From the NCBI GenBank assembly GCA_050949315.1, contig JBMNFL010000001.1:256001-320000 (forward strand): a DNA stretch of 64,000 nucleotides, in the 5' to 3' direction. The first letter of the stretch is position 1; every line of letters begins with the position of its first letter. The translations under genes and the position numbers were made by a program. Origin of the DNA: Bacilli bacterium (GTDB lineage: Bacteria; Bacillota_I; Bacilli_A; RFN20; UBA1709). Under the pieces are notes generated by a model. That model did no database searches and was not told the origin of the DNA. It was given only the letters and a program-made list of their open reading frames with translations. This document shows, in pieces, positions 19,686-29,326 of this stretch.

Positions 19686-19707
19686 AAAAACCTCTCGGTT
19701 TTTAAAG

Positions 19708-19781
19708 TGGTGCCGCCTCCCAGAATCGAACTGGGACCGGGTCCTTACCATGGATCTGTTCTACCACTAAACTAAGGCGGC
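19708..19781 (-). tRNA. tRNA-Thr (GGT)
   Basis: Minus-strand cloverleaf: acceptor stem GCCGCCT/AGGCGGC-ACCA, anticodon loop ATGGTAA, T-arm CCCAG-TTCGATT-CTGGG. Confidence 0.95.
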
Positions 19782-19921
19782 ATGCCCTAACATTGTAACT
19801 TATTAAGATTTTAGTGTCAATAATCTTAATATAAGAGTGGAAAACAGCGAAAACGCACTAGTAAATAATGTAATTATTTGTTAGAATATTACTACTAAAG
19901 TTAATTAAGGAGGCGGTTGCT

Positions 19922-20674
19922 ATAGCTACACGTGAAGATCTCTATGCCTTATTAGGGAAATATCAAGAATTAAAACATACACATGTTAAAAAATCGCAGG
20001 AATGTGATGAGGAAGCCTTAAAATATTTTGTCTGGCAATGCAATGCTATCGAAAGGAGTTCTTTAACTTTTGAGCAGGTTAAAGATGTCATCGCTTTTGG
20101 AGTTCGCAATGTTACCGACAATAATCGCGAGGAGTTGGAAGCTGCAGGTTTATACGAGGCCATGCGCTATGTTCAAAAACTTGTCGATAACAATGTTGAA
20201 TTAACCGAAGATATCATTAAAGAACTACACAGTTTGCTCTATGTTGGGGCCAGTGAAGATTTTAGGGGGCAATATCGGACTGATTATATCACCATTCCCC
20301 ATGCTCGTAATTTACCACCAGTTCGGCATATTTCTTACTACATGAACAAGTTATTTGAAGAGTATAATAACGAAATGAACAAGATGGATATTATCGAGAA
20401 AATCTCGCTTTTCCATATTAAATTTGAAAACATTCATCCCTTTCAAGATGGTAACGGCCAAGTTGGCCGCTTAATTATCAACTATCAATTGATGCGGGCG
20501 GGCTATCCCTTCATTTCCTTGAAGAATAAAAATAAAAAAGAGTACATCAAAGCCTTTGAATCCTATCATATGGATTTGGATGATCATGAGATGTATCAAT
20601 TAATTGTCAATGCGATTGCCGAAGAATTAGAGGCCAGAATTGAAATCTTAAGTCGTGAAGAAAAAGAAAAATAG
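19922..20674 (+). CDS. Fic-family protein, 250 aa, apparent ATA start
   Basis: Fic motif HPFQDGNGQVGR; upstream open frame carries CNAIERSSLT (inhibitory-helix like); SD AAGGAGG at 19907-19913, 8 nt before ATA. Confidence 0.85.
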   Translation: MATREDLYALLGKYQELKHTHVKKSQECDEEALKYFVWQCNAIERSSLTFEQVKDVIAFGVRNVTDNNREELEAAGLYEAMRYVQKLVDNNVELTEDIIKELHSLLYVGASEDFRGQYRTDYITIPHARNLPPVRHISYYMNKLFEEYNNEMNKMDIIEKISLFHIKFENIHPFQDGNGQVGRLIINYQLMRAGYPFISLKNKNKKEYIKAFESYHMDLDDHEMYQLIVNAIAEELEARIEILSREEKEK

Positions 20675-20676
20675 TT

Positions 20677-20701
20677 AAAAAGACCAGGCGGTCTTTTTTT
20701 C
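20677..20701 (+). terminator. Terminator after fic
   Basis: AAAAAGACC-AGGC-GGTCTTTTTTT. Confidence 0.75.
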
Positions 20702-20782
20702 TTATAAAGTTTTTATCAAAAAACTTTCGTGTAATAAAGTCTTGTGTTATACTAAAAAGGCTTAAAAGAAAGGGGGAGAGCT

Positions 20783-22621
20783 ATGGAAATTCGCAATGTT
20801 GCAATTATCGCTCATGTTGACCATGGTAAAACGACACTTGTTGATCAGTTACTGAGACAATCAGGAACTTTTCGTGAAAATGAAGATATCCGTAGACGAG
20901 TCATGGATAGCAATGATATTGAACGCGAACGTGGTATTACCATCCTTTCTAAATCAACAGCCATAAACTACAAAGATTATCGTATCAATATTCTCGATAC
21001 CCCCGGTCACGCCGATTTTGGTGGGGAAGTTGAGCGTATTATGAATATGGTCGATGGTGTTTTACTCTTAGTTGACGCCTATGAAGGAACCATGCCTCAA
21101 ACCCGCTTTGTTTTAAAAAAGGCCTTAGAAGCCAAGGTAAAACCTTTGGTGGTTATCAATAAAATCGATCGGCCACAGGCTGATCCTATTAAGGCGGTTG
21201 ATGAGGTTTTAGAACTCTTTATTGAGCTCGGTGCTACTGATGATTTACTAGAATTTCCCGTAGTTTATTGTTCCGCTCTCAAAGGTACCTCTTCTTATGA
21301 TTATCAGCTTGAAGGTCAAAAAGAGACGATGGATCCCATCTTTGAGATGATAGTAAAACATATCCCAGCCCCCAAAGTCGAACTCAATGCTCCCTTTCAA
21401 TTCCAAGCAGCTTTATTAGATTATAATGACTATATTGGGCGCATTGGTATTGGTCGAATTAGTAAGGGCAAGGTAAATGTTAATGATATTGTTACCTGCG
21501 TGCGTTTAGATGGCAGTCACAAGCAGTTTAGAGTTCAGAAACTCTATGGTTTCTTGGGTTTAAGACGGACGGAGATAAATGAGGCTTTCGCTGGTGATAT
21601 CGTAGCCATTGGCGGGCTTGAGGATATCAATGTTGGGGAAACAATCTGCGATAGTGAACATCCCATTCCTTTAAAGCCTTTACATATTGATCCTCCAACT
21701 TTACAGATGACTTTTGCGACCAATACTTCCCCATTTGCTGGAACTGAAGGTAAATATGTGACGGCTCGCAAGCTTGAAGAACGCCTCTTTAAAGCCACCC
21801 AAACTGATGTCAGTTTATTAGTTGAACGTTTGCCTAATAGCGAGTCTTGGCTGGTTTCTGGGCGAGGCGAGTTACATCTTTCAATCTTGATTGAAAATAT
21901 GCGACGTGAGGGCTTTGAACTACAGGTTTCTAAACCAAAAGTCATTCTCAAAGAAGTTGATGGGGTCGTGATGGAACCCTACGAAGATTTACAAATTGAT
22001 GTTCCTGAAGAATATGTTGGAGCGATTATGGAAGCTTTAGGGCCTAGAGGGGCCGAATTAGTTAATATGCACACTTCTGAAACCCAAGTTCGCCTCAATT
22101 ATGTTATTCCTTCACGCGGACTTTTAGGCTTTTCTACCGATTTTATGACTTTGACCAAAGGTTATGGCTTAATGAGTCATACTTATAAGGAATACCGCGA
22201 AAGAAAAGGTGTGATGGTCGGTAAACGCAGTCTTGGGGTTTTAGTAGCCACCGATGCGGGCTTAGCAACCCATTACGCCATTGAGCAGATTGAAAGCCGA
22301 GGAACGCTTTTTATTGAACCAGGACGTAAGGTCTATGAGGGGATGATTGTCGGTGAGTGTGCTTATGAAAATGACCTGGCGGTCAATGTAGTTAAAACCA
22401 AGAATCTCTCCAACATGCGATCAGCAGGAAAAGACCATACAGTGGTCTTAAAACGCCCAAGAGTCTTTTCTTTAGAAGTCGCTTTAGATTATATCAATGA
22501 TGATGAATTAGTCGAGATTACCCCCTTAGATTTTCGCTTGCGCAAAGCGATTCTAAATACCAATGAACGCAAGAAATTTGACAGTCGTCAAAAGGAAGGA
22601 AACAAAGATGAAAAAATTTAA
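20783..22621 (+). CDS. typA: Translational GTPase TypA/BipA
   Basis: AHVDHGKTT, ERERGITI, DTPGHADF, GRGELHL. Confidence 0.98.
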   Translation: MEIRNVAIIAHVDHGKTTLVDQLLRQSGTFRENEDIRRRVMDSNDIERERGITILSKSTAINYKDYRINILDTPGHADFGGEVERIMNMVDGVLLLVDAYEGTMPQTRFVLKKALEAKVKPLVVINKIDRPQADPIKAVDEVLELFIELGATDDLLEFPVVYCSALKGTSSYDYQLEGQKETMDPIFEMIVKHIPAPKVELNAPFQFQAALLDYNDYIGRIGIGRISKGKVNVNDIVTCVRLDGSHKQFRVQKLYGFLGLRRTEINEAFAGDIVAIGGLEDINVGETICDSEHPIPLKPLHIDPPTLQMTFATNTSPFAGTEGKYVTARKLEERLFKATQTDVSLLVERLPNSESWLVSGRGELHLSILIENMRREGFELQVSKPKVILKEVDGVVMEPYEDLQIDVPEEYVGAIMEALGPRGAELVNMHTSETQVRLNYVIPSRGLLGFSTDFMTLTKGYGLMSHTYKEYRERKGVMVGKRSLGVLVATDAGLATHYAIEQIESRGTLFIEPGRKVYEGMIVGECAYENDLAVNVVKTKNLSNMRSAGKDHTVVLKRPRVFSLEVALDYINDDELVEITPLDFRLRKAILNTNERKKFDSRQKEGNKDEKI

Positions 22622-23288
22622 ATTTAACTGGTTGATCTATGCGATTATTGCTCTAGCAAGTTTAGTTTTAGCTATCCTAATTATGCCCCCAGTGGCCGTT
22701 ATTGATTCTGAAAAATTTATCTGTGGAGTATTAGCGGCCGGCTTAATCATCTACCTGGTCTTCTACCTTTTAGCCAATGCCTTTAAGTACAAAGAAAAGG
22801 CACTGGAAGTTCAGGTTGTTGTGGCCATAGAACTTTTAGCCATTGCTTATTTCGCCCTTGGCTCCTTTCTTTTAATCTTTGACACCAATATCATCGGAAT
22901 CAATAATATTGTCCGTAATATTGGACGGATAATCGGAGCAACTCTTTGGTTAAGAGCCGTGGTGCTAATTATCAGTGAAGCCAATAGACGCAGTCGACAA
23001 AAGTTTGGCGAATTCTTCATTTATTTAGCAATTATCCTTATAACTTTTGGAACTTATTGTTTCTTCAATGTTAATATTACTTTTGAAACCGTTTGCTGGT
23101 TTATCTTTGTCATCTTCGTGATAGTGGCTATCTTCACTGCTTACTTAGCCGTGCATTTCTATCCTAAACTAACGGCGGAACAAAAGGCCTTAAAAAAGGA
23201 AAGACAAGCCAAAAAGGCAGCGGCAAGAGCCGAGAAAGCTAAATTAGCAGCGGCTAAAGAAAAGGAAAAGGAAACAAAAAAAGATTAG
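22608..23288 (+). CDS. Hypothetical multi-pass membrane protein
   Basis: About 6 hydrophobic segments and a Lys/Ala-rich tail; SD AAGGAAGG; overlaps typA end. Confidence 0.75.
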   Translation: MKKFKFNWLIYAIIALASLVLAILIMPPVAVIDSEKFICGVLAAGLIIYLVFYLLANAFKYKEKALEVQVVVAIELLAIAYFALGSFLLIFDTNIIGINNIVRNIGRIIGATLWLRAVVLIISEANRRSRQKFGEFFIYLAIILITFGTYCFFNVNITFETVCWFIFVIFVIVAIFTAYLAVHFYPKLTAEQKALKKERQAKKAAARAEKAKLAAAKEKEKETKKD

Positions 23289-23305
23289 AAAAAATCTAAT
23301 CTTTT

Positions 23306-24619
23306 TTAATCATTTCTTGCCCGTAAAACCAGTTTAATAGCTGAACCTTCAAAGCCGAAGGCCTCCCGCAACTGATTTTCTAAATAACGCTTGTAACTAA
23401 AGTGTAACCAGTTGGGATTGTTGCAGAACATCACAATGGTAGGTGGCTTAACGGCTGTCTGATGGGCATATTTGATTTTGATACAACCACCATTAAATTC
23501 TGAGGGTGGTGTGAATTGTTGAGCCTCAACTAAAACTTGGTTTAAAAGGCTAGTTTTAACATGTTTAGTTGCCCCCTCATAAGCTAGATTAATGGCCGCA
23601 AATAAAGAGGGTAGACGGCTCTTTTTTAAGGCGGAAACATAAACGATAGGGGCATAACTGAGGAATTTGAATTCCTTTTTTATTTTCTTATCAAATTCCG
23701 CCATAGTTTTCTCATCTTTGATCACCGCATCCCACTTATTGACCACTAACACGATGGCTTTATAACTATCAAGAGCATAACCGACAATGTTTTTATCTTG
23801 TTCGCGCACCCCAGTTATGGCATCGATGAGTAAGAGGACAACATCACTGCGATCAATGGCCATCAAAGCCCGCAGGGCACTATATCGATCAACAGCTTCA
23901 TAATAACGGCCTCTTTTTTTAAGACCAGCGGTATCAATGACCGTGTATTTTTGGCCATCTCTTTCAAAAGAACTATCAACAGCATCTCTAGTGGTGCCCT
24001 CAATTTCCGAAACAATGACTCTTTCTTGGTTGAGTATCGCATTGACGAGACTTGATTTTCCGACATTAGGACGGCCGATTAAACAGAACTTAATGGTGTC
24101 ACTTGCCTCTTCCTCTTCTTCTTTGTTAGGTAAATTTTCTACGATTTTATCTAGTAAATCACCAATGCCAATACCATGCGACGCACTGACGGGTATGGGC
24201 GTTCCAAGACCAAGAGCATAAAAATCATAAATCGCATCTTTTAGATGCGTATCATCAACTTTGTTGGCTACTAAAATAATTGGCTTGTTACTTTTGTGCA
24301 ATATGGAGGTTATCAGTTCTTCATCTTGACTGACACCTGTTCTAGCATCCACGACAAAAACGATGACATCGGCTTCTTCGATAGCAATATTGGCCTGCAT
24401 TCTTATCTCTTCTTGAAAGGGGCGATCTTTTAACTCAATACCCCCCGTATCAATTAGGATAAATTCTTTAGTTAACCAATTAGCCTTAGCATAGAGGCGA
24501 TCTCTTGTTATTCCTTCTTCATCCGAAACAATGGAATAACGGCTACCGATAATTCGGTTAAAAATAGCCGATTTTCCAACATTGGGGCGACCGACAATAG
24601 CAACTTTACCACTAATCAT
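23306..24619 (-). CDS. der: Ribosome biogenesis GTPase Der (EngA)
   Basis: Two GRPNVGKS P-loops, DTGG/DTAG, NKVD/NKWD. Confidence 0.98.
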   Translation of the reverse strand: MISGKVAIVGRPNVGKSAIFNRIIGSRYSIVSDEEGITRDRLYAKANWLTKEFILIDTGGIELKDRPFQEEIRMQANIAIEEADVIVFVVDARTGVSQDEELITSILHKSNKPIILVANKVDDTHLKDAIYDFYALGLGTPIPVSASHGIGIGDLLDKIVENLPNKEEEEEASDTIKFCLIGRPNVGKSSLVNAILNQERVIVSEIEGTTRDAVDSSFERDGQKYTVIDTAGLKKRGRYYEAVDRYSALRALMAIDRSDVVLLLIDAITGVREQDKNIVGYALDSYKAIVLVVNKWDAVIKDEKTMAEFDKKIKKEFKFLSYAPIVYVSALKKSRLPSLFAAINLAYEGATKHVKTSLLNQVLVEAQQFTPPSEFNGGCIKIKYAHQTAVKPPTIVMFCNNPNWLHFSYKRYLENQLREAFGFEGSAIKLVLRARND

Positions 24620-25280
24620 TTTCTAATTCCTTAATTTTTTCAATGATAAAATCCGCGGTTTGCGCAATACTCAGTTCTGAATTATCCAAAACAATGGCAT
24701 CATCCGCAATTTTTAAGGGAGCGATATGGCGCGTGGAATCAGCTTGATCACGCCGCATTAAGTCGGCTTTGATAAATTCTAAACTCAAGTTAAGTCCCCG
24801 AGCTTTATTTTCTAGATAGCGTCTTTTTGCCCTTTCATCATAAGAGGCAGTTAGATAGATTTTTAAGGAAGCATTAGGGAAAACATAGGTTCCGATATCG
24901 CGGCCATCTAAAATAACACTATTGCTACTTTGATTGACGATCTTGCGCTGTTGCTCAACCATCGCTTCGCGCACTGCTTCATAAGCACAAACTTTAGAAA
25001 CCCAGGTTGTAACTTCATTACCCCGGATTTTTTCAGAAACATCCTGGCCATTTAAGAAAAAGCGTTGATCTTTAATTAAAATTTGCGCCTGTTTGAGGAT
25101 TTTATTGATAGCTAATTCATCATTGGGATTAAGCTTTTTTTCTAAAACGAAAAGAGTAAAGCAACGATACATTGCTCCAGTGTCTAAATAATCAAAACCT
25201 AAGCGTCTAGCTACTTCTTTGGCTACCGTACTCTTACCACTGGCTGCGGGACCATCAATGGCAATAATTAATTTGCACAT
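24612..25280 (-). CDS. cmk: Cytidylate kinase
   Basis: IAIDGPAASGKST, LDTGAMYR, DGRDIGT. Confidence 0.97.
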   Translation of the reverse strand: MCKLIIAIDGPAASGKSTVAKEVARRLGFDYLDTGAMYRCFTLFVLEKKLNPNDELAINKILKQAQILIKDQRFFLNGQDVSEKIRGNEVTTWVSKVCAYEAVREAMVEQQRKIVNQSSNSVILDGRDIGTYVFPNASLKIYLTASYDERAKRRYLENKARGLNLSLEFIKADLMRRDQADSTRHIAPLKIADDAIVLDNSELSIAQTADFIIEKIKELEND

Positions 25281-25592
25281 ATCTCTACCTCCAACACTCA
25301 AATTATAACATATATTGCTTACGGCAACATTGGGTTTTTGTAAAAAATCTTTCTTAATTTAAAAATTTTTAGAGCCTTTTTTTCTTCACTTATGATGATT
25401 GTTAAGGCATATATTGATTTATTACTTATATAAGGGCTTATTTAGATAATATTGCTCAACTTTGACAGCCCATTAATTTTTCTACTGAACAAGTATTCAC
25501 TTTTTTTCAACAAAAGGCTGTTTTGGGCTTGCATTTATGATTTTAAGATACTATAATTGCATTTGAATTTATAAATATAGGAGGATGAGATA

Positions 25593-25787
25593 ATGGCAAA
25601 AGTTGTTGTTAAAAAGGATTCTTGCATCGGTTGTGGCGTCTGCGCTGCCGTTTGTGCTTCTGTTTTTACTATGGCCGACGATGGCTTAGCCGAAAATGTC
25701 TTGGGCGAAGATGTGCCTGAGGATTTGATGGAAGAAGTCAAAGAAGCTGTTGAAGCTTGTCCAGTTCAAGCAATTGAAATTGAATAA
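25593..25787 (+). CDS. Single-cluster ferredoxin
   Basis: CIGCGVC...CPVQAI; SD AGGAGG. Confidence 0.93.
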   Translation: MAKVVVKKDSCIGCGVCAAVCASVFTMADDGLAENVLGEDVPEDLMEEVKEAVEACPVQAIEIE

Positions 25788-25821
25788 TTAAATAATTAAA
25801 TCGTCTTGAAGAGAATAGGGG

Positions 25822-26580
25822 CTAGGAAGCCTCTTTCTTTTTGTCAAAAAAAGTTAAAATTCGGCGAATTAAATAGAAAACGATAAAAATTATGGTGTAT
25901 TTTAAAATATTAAAAGGTAATAAAGGAAGGATATAGGTGATTAGGTAATCATCAAGACTAACCCCCATATCTAAAACCGTTTGATAGGTGGCAAGTTTAC
26001 CTAAAAAATTGGAAGGGGTAATGAAAATAAAGTTTAAAATCGTCATTAGGACGGTAACAATATAGATAACAATAACGCTTTCTACTAAAAAATCCTTGAT
26101 CTCGCTTTGGCCAAATTTAGGAATTAAATTAATGATGAGAATAAAAATTAATATACCTAAAATTAAGAAAAAAGCATAAAGCCACCAACTGGGCCTAAGA
26201 ATAAAAACCGTTATCATTAAAGCGATAGAAAGACCATAAACTGGTAGGTAAACGGCTAGCAAACTTTTGGGACCTTTTTTAAAGTGCCTTAAATAGATAA
26301 AACTTAAACCACATATGATAGAAGCTAATACGGCCGCCACTTCTCCAATTATCAAGGTGCCCTTAAGAGCAAAGCGCAAAACCGAGCGTAGAATTACAAT
26401 GATTATTAAGCCCCCACTACCCAGAGAATAAGCCCCAATTAAGATAGGGATTTCACTGAAATCAATACTTAAATAGGCTTGAAAAGGTGTGGGGATTTCA
26501 ACTAAAGATAGAATAAAGGCCAAGGCTGACAAAATGGCACACCAACTGAGTTTATGAGTGTCTTTCAGAAACTTAAACAC
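25822..26580 (-). CDS. ribU: ECF S-component, riboflavin transporter RibU-like, 252 aa
   Basis: ILSALAFIL, LSIDFSEIP, IGEVA, LPFNILK; directly downstream of an FMN riboswitch; GTG start. Confidence 0.85.
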   Translation of the reverse strand: MFKFLKDTHKLSWCAILSALAFILSLVEIPTPFQAYLSIDFSEIPILIGAYSLGSGGLIIIVILRSVLRFALKGTLIIGEVAAVLASIICGLSFIYLRHFKKGPKSLLAVYLPVYGLSIALMITVFILRPSWWLYAFFLILGILIFILIINLIPKFGQSEIKDFLVESVIVIYIVTVLMTILNFIFITPSNFLGKLATYQTVLDMGVSLDDYLITYILPLLPFNILKYTIIFIVFYLIRRILTFFDKKKEAS

Positions 26581-26597
26581 ACTATCACATCCTAAGA

Positions 26598-26616
26598 AAA
26601 AATCCCCTTCCGGGGA
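26598..26616 (-). terminator. Expression-platform terminator of the FMN riboswitch
   Basis: Minus strand TCCCC-GGAA-GGGGA-TTTTTT. Confidence 0.7.
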
Positions 26617-26631
26617 CAACAAAAGAAAAAG

Positions 26632-26737
26632 CTTCTTTCATCCAGACTTTACTGTTGCCATTGGAATTTCACCAATTCTGCTTGCGCTCGCGGGGTTTAC
26701 CGCCAGTAGGGAATTTCACCCATCCCTGAAGACATTT
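26632..26737 (-). ncRNA. FMN riboswitch
   Basis: Minus strand CTTCAGGGATGGGTGAAATTCCCTACTGGCGGTAAACCCCGCGAGC...GGTGAAATTCC...ACAGTAAAGTCTGGATGAAAGAAG. Confidence 0.95.
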
Positions 26738-26841
26738 CCATTATATAAAAAAAGACACTTCATTTCAACAGAAATATTGAAATATGCCATAAAATTAGGG
26801 TATAATAACTAGCAGGAAAGTAAAGGACGTGAGTGGTGCTT

Positions 26842-27462
26842 ATGTTTATTACCTTGGAAGGACCGGAGGGCAGTGGTAAAACCACCATTGCCAAAAGAAT
26901 AATTGAAGTCTTAGAAAAACAGGACTATCCTGTTATCTATACGCGTGAGCCGGGTGGTAGTGTTATTGCTGAACAAATTCGTAAGATTATTCTACGAAAG
27001 AAGAATGTGGCCATGGATCCTTTGACTGAGGCCTTGCTTTTCGCTGCCAGTCGACGTCAGCATCTAGTAGAAAAGATATTACCAGCTCTAAAGCGGGGAA
27101 AAATTGTTATCTGTGATCGTTTTATCGATTCTTCATTGGCCTACCAAGGTTATGCTCGAGCGATTGGTATTGATAAAGTCATGGATATAAATCTCTTTGC
27201 TACCGAAGGAAAACTTCCTGATTTAACCATCTATTTTGATATTTCTTCGCAAGATGGTCTAGCCCGCATTGATGGCGACAGCAAACGCGAGATCAATCGT
27301 TTGGACCTTGAACGCCTAGACTTTCATAACAAGGTCCGTGAAGGCTATTTAGAACTGCTAAGACGTTATCCTAAACGCATCGTAAAAGTTGATGCCGCCC
27401 AGAGCATAGAAAAAGTAACCGAAGCTGTCCTTAATATAATTATAGAAAGAATAAAACGATGA
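26842..27462 (+). CDS. tmk: Thymidylate kinase
   Basis: FITLEGPEGSGKTT, REPGG, CDRFIDSSLAYQG. Confidence 0.97.
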   Translation: MFITLEGPEGSGKTTIAKRIIEVLEKQDYPVIYTREPGGSVIAEQIRKIILRKKNVAMDPLTEALLFAASRRQHLVEKILPALKRGKIVICDRFIDSSLAYQGYARAIGIDKVMDINLFATEGKLPDLTIYFDISSQDGLARIDGDSKREINRLDLERLDFHNKVREGYLELLRRYPKRIVKVDAAQSIEKVTEAVLNIIIERIKR

Positions 27463-28439
27463 AAATTGAGGAATTATTACAAAAAACCCAAACTATTGCC
27501 TACCAAACCATCAAAAATGGTTTTTTAAAAGACCAGATCAGTCATGCTTATTTATTTAGTGGTGCGAAAGGAACACCCTTAAAAGAAACCGCGCTTTTTT
27601 TAGCCCAAAGTCTTATCTGTGAAAAGCCCACTCCCTTAGCCTGCGATGAATGCCTAAGTTGCATTCGCTTAAAAAATGGCAGTTATGTTGACTTTCAATT
27701 CATCAACCAAGAAGAGGGTAACATCACTAAAGACATGATCGAAGGCTTACAAGCCGATTTTGCTCTCACTGCCTTAGAAGAAAAAGGCCGCAAAATTTAC
27801 ATTATTCATTTAATTGAAAAGGCTAATCCCACCGCGGTTAATCGCCTTTTAAAGTTTTTAGAAGAGCCGGCTGAAGATGTTTTTGCCATTCTAACCACTG
27901 AAAATATCACTAAAGTCTTACCGACCATTATTTCTCGCTGTCAAATTATTCGTCTCAAAGGGCGCGATAAAAAACAATTAGTCAAGGAACTTTTAAGTTT
28001 AAATTTAGAGCAGAGTGATGCCTATATTTTGGCTTCTTTTAATAACTCCAAAGAAGAAGTTGAAGAATTATTAAAGGAAACCAACTATAATGAGATTAAG
28101 GATTTAGCCTGGGCGACTTTTAAAACCCTTTTTACTGAACCTTTGAGCATTCATTACTATGTTCAGCAAGAAATAGTTCCTTCTTTAAGAGCTAGAGAAG
28201 ATTATGCCCTTTATCTAAATATCCTAGAAATTTACCTAAAAGAACTACTATTCGGACGTTTAAAAGAGTTTTTAGGCTTAGATTTTACAATGAATCCCCT
28301 GGCCGAGAAAATTATTAAAGTTGATGAGGCGGTAAAACAGGTGATGTTAGCCAGTGGTAAGTTAACCTATAATGTCAATCCGCCCTTATTATTAGATGAA
28401 TTATTCTACCAAATCGCTTTGAAAGGAGGCTTAATCTAA
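27459..28439 (+). CDS. holB: DNA polymerase III delta' subunit
   Basis: SHAYLF, Zn cysteines (C...CDECLSC), NRLLKFLEEP, PTIISRC. Confidence 0.93.
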   Translation: MKIEELLQKTQTIAYQTIKNGFLKDQISHAYLFSGAKGTPLKETALFLAQSLICEKPTPLACDECLSCIRLKNGSYVDFQFINQEEGNITKDMIEGLQADFALTALEEKGRKIYIIHLIEKANPTAVNRLLKFLEEPAEDVFAILTTENITKVLPTIISRCQIIRLKGRDKKQLVKELLSLNLEQSDAYILASFNNSKEEVEELLKETNYNEIKDLAWATFKTLFTEPLSIHYYVQQEIVPSLRAREDYALYLNILEIYLKELLFGRLKEFLGLDFTMNPLAEKIIKVDEAVKQVMLASGKLTYNVNPPLLLDELFYQIALKGGLI

Positions 28440-29326
28440 TGGATAACAACAAGAAAATTGAAAATAACAGCATCAATAACAACCCTGAAGGTGAAATTTA
28501 TGATAGTGGCTTCTACGTCAGTGTTAGGTTTCCTAATAGCCGTCCTTATTATTTTCATACCTATGACGACAGTTTAGAAATAGATACCAAAGTGGTGGTG
28601 GAGACCATTCGTGGGGTAGAACTAGGGACAATTATCTCGCCTATTAAAGAAATCGCAAGTTTAAAAAGTGAGACCCCCTTAAAACCCATTCTTCGTCGCG
28701 CTAGTTTACAGGACTTAGAGCAGGCTGAAGAGAATATTGAATTGGCTAAAAGCGCTTATGTGGTCTGTGAAAACGCCATTGAAAAGTTAGGATTAGAGAT
28801 GAAATTACTCCATGCGGAATATACCCTTGATCGCAATAAGGTAATTTTCCTTTATGTGGCTGATAACCGCGTGGATTTCCGCGAACTTTTAAAGGATTTA
28901 GCTGCGGCCTTACGTTGCCGAATTGAATTGCGCCAGATTGGTAGTCGTGATCGCTCACGTCTTATTGGTGGCCTTGGTCCCTGCGGCCTTCCTTTGTGCT
29001 GCAATACTTTTTTAGGTGAGTTTGATGGCATCAGTATCAATATGGCCAAAAATCAATTCCTAGCCCTCAATATTCAAAAGCTCTCTGGCCACTGCGGGAA
29101 ACTCATCTGCTGCCTTAAATATGAAGATGATCAATATAGCGAATTAAGAAAAGGTTTACCTAAAATCGGTTTTAAAATCAAATACGAAGATGAAATCTAT
29201 AAAATCACCAGCATCAATGTCTTAACGGGTGATGTCCGTTTAGAAAATGCCGAAAGCAGTCAAAGCGTCTCTTTAGATGAAGTCTTAAAAATCATTGATA
29301 AAACGAGGGGAAATAATGATGAATAA
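28439..29326 (+). CDS. ricT: RicT/YaaT (PSP1 domain)
   Basis: RVDFRELLKDLA, RIELRQIG, GPCGLPLCC, SGHCGKLICCLKYE. Confidence 0.93.
   Translation: MDNNKKIENNSINNNPEGEIYDSGFYVSVRFPNSRPYYFHTYDDSLEIDTKVVVETIRGVELGTIISPIKEIASLKSETPLKPILRRASLQDLEQAEENIELAKSAYVVCENAIEKLGLEMKLLHAEYTLDRNKVIFLYVADNRVDFRELLKDLAAALRCRIELRQIGSRDRSRLIGGLGPCGLPLCCNTFLGEFDGISINMAKNQFLALNIQKLSGHCGKLICCLKYEDDQYSELRKGLPKIGFKIKYEDEIYKITSINVLTGDVRLENAESSQSVSLDEVLKIIDKTRGNNDE

Noticed and set aside
19708-20701. tRNA-Thr/fic as an integrated island
   Set aside because: No integrase, no duplicated tRNA 3' end seen, and fic lies on the 5' side of the tRNA
25440-25465. Fur-like box upstream of the ferredoxin gene
   Set aside because: Only a GATAAT half-site in AT-rich DNA
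26558-26812. 84-aa plus-strand ORF
   Set aside because: Antisense to the FMN riboswitch and the ribU start
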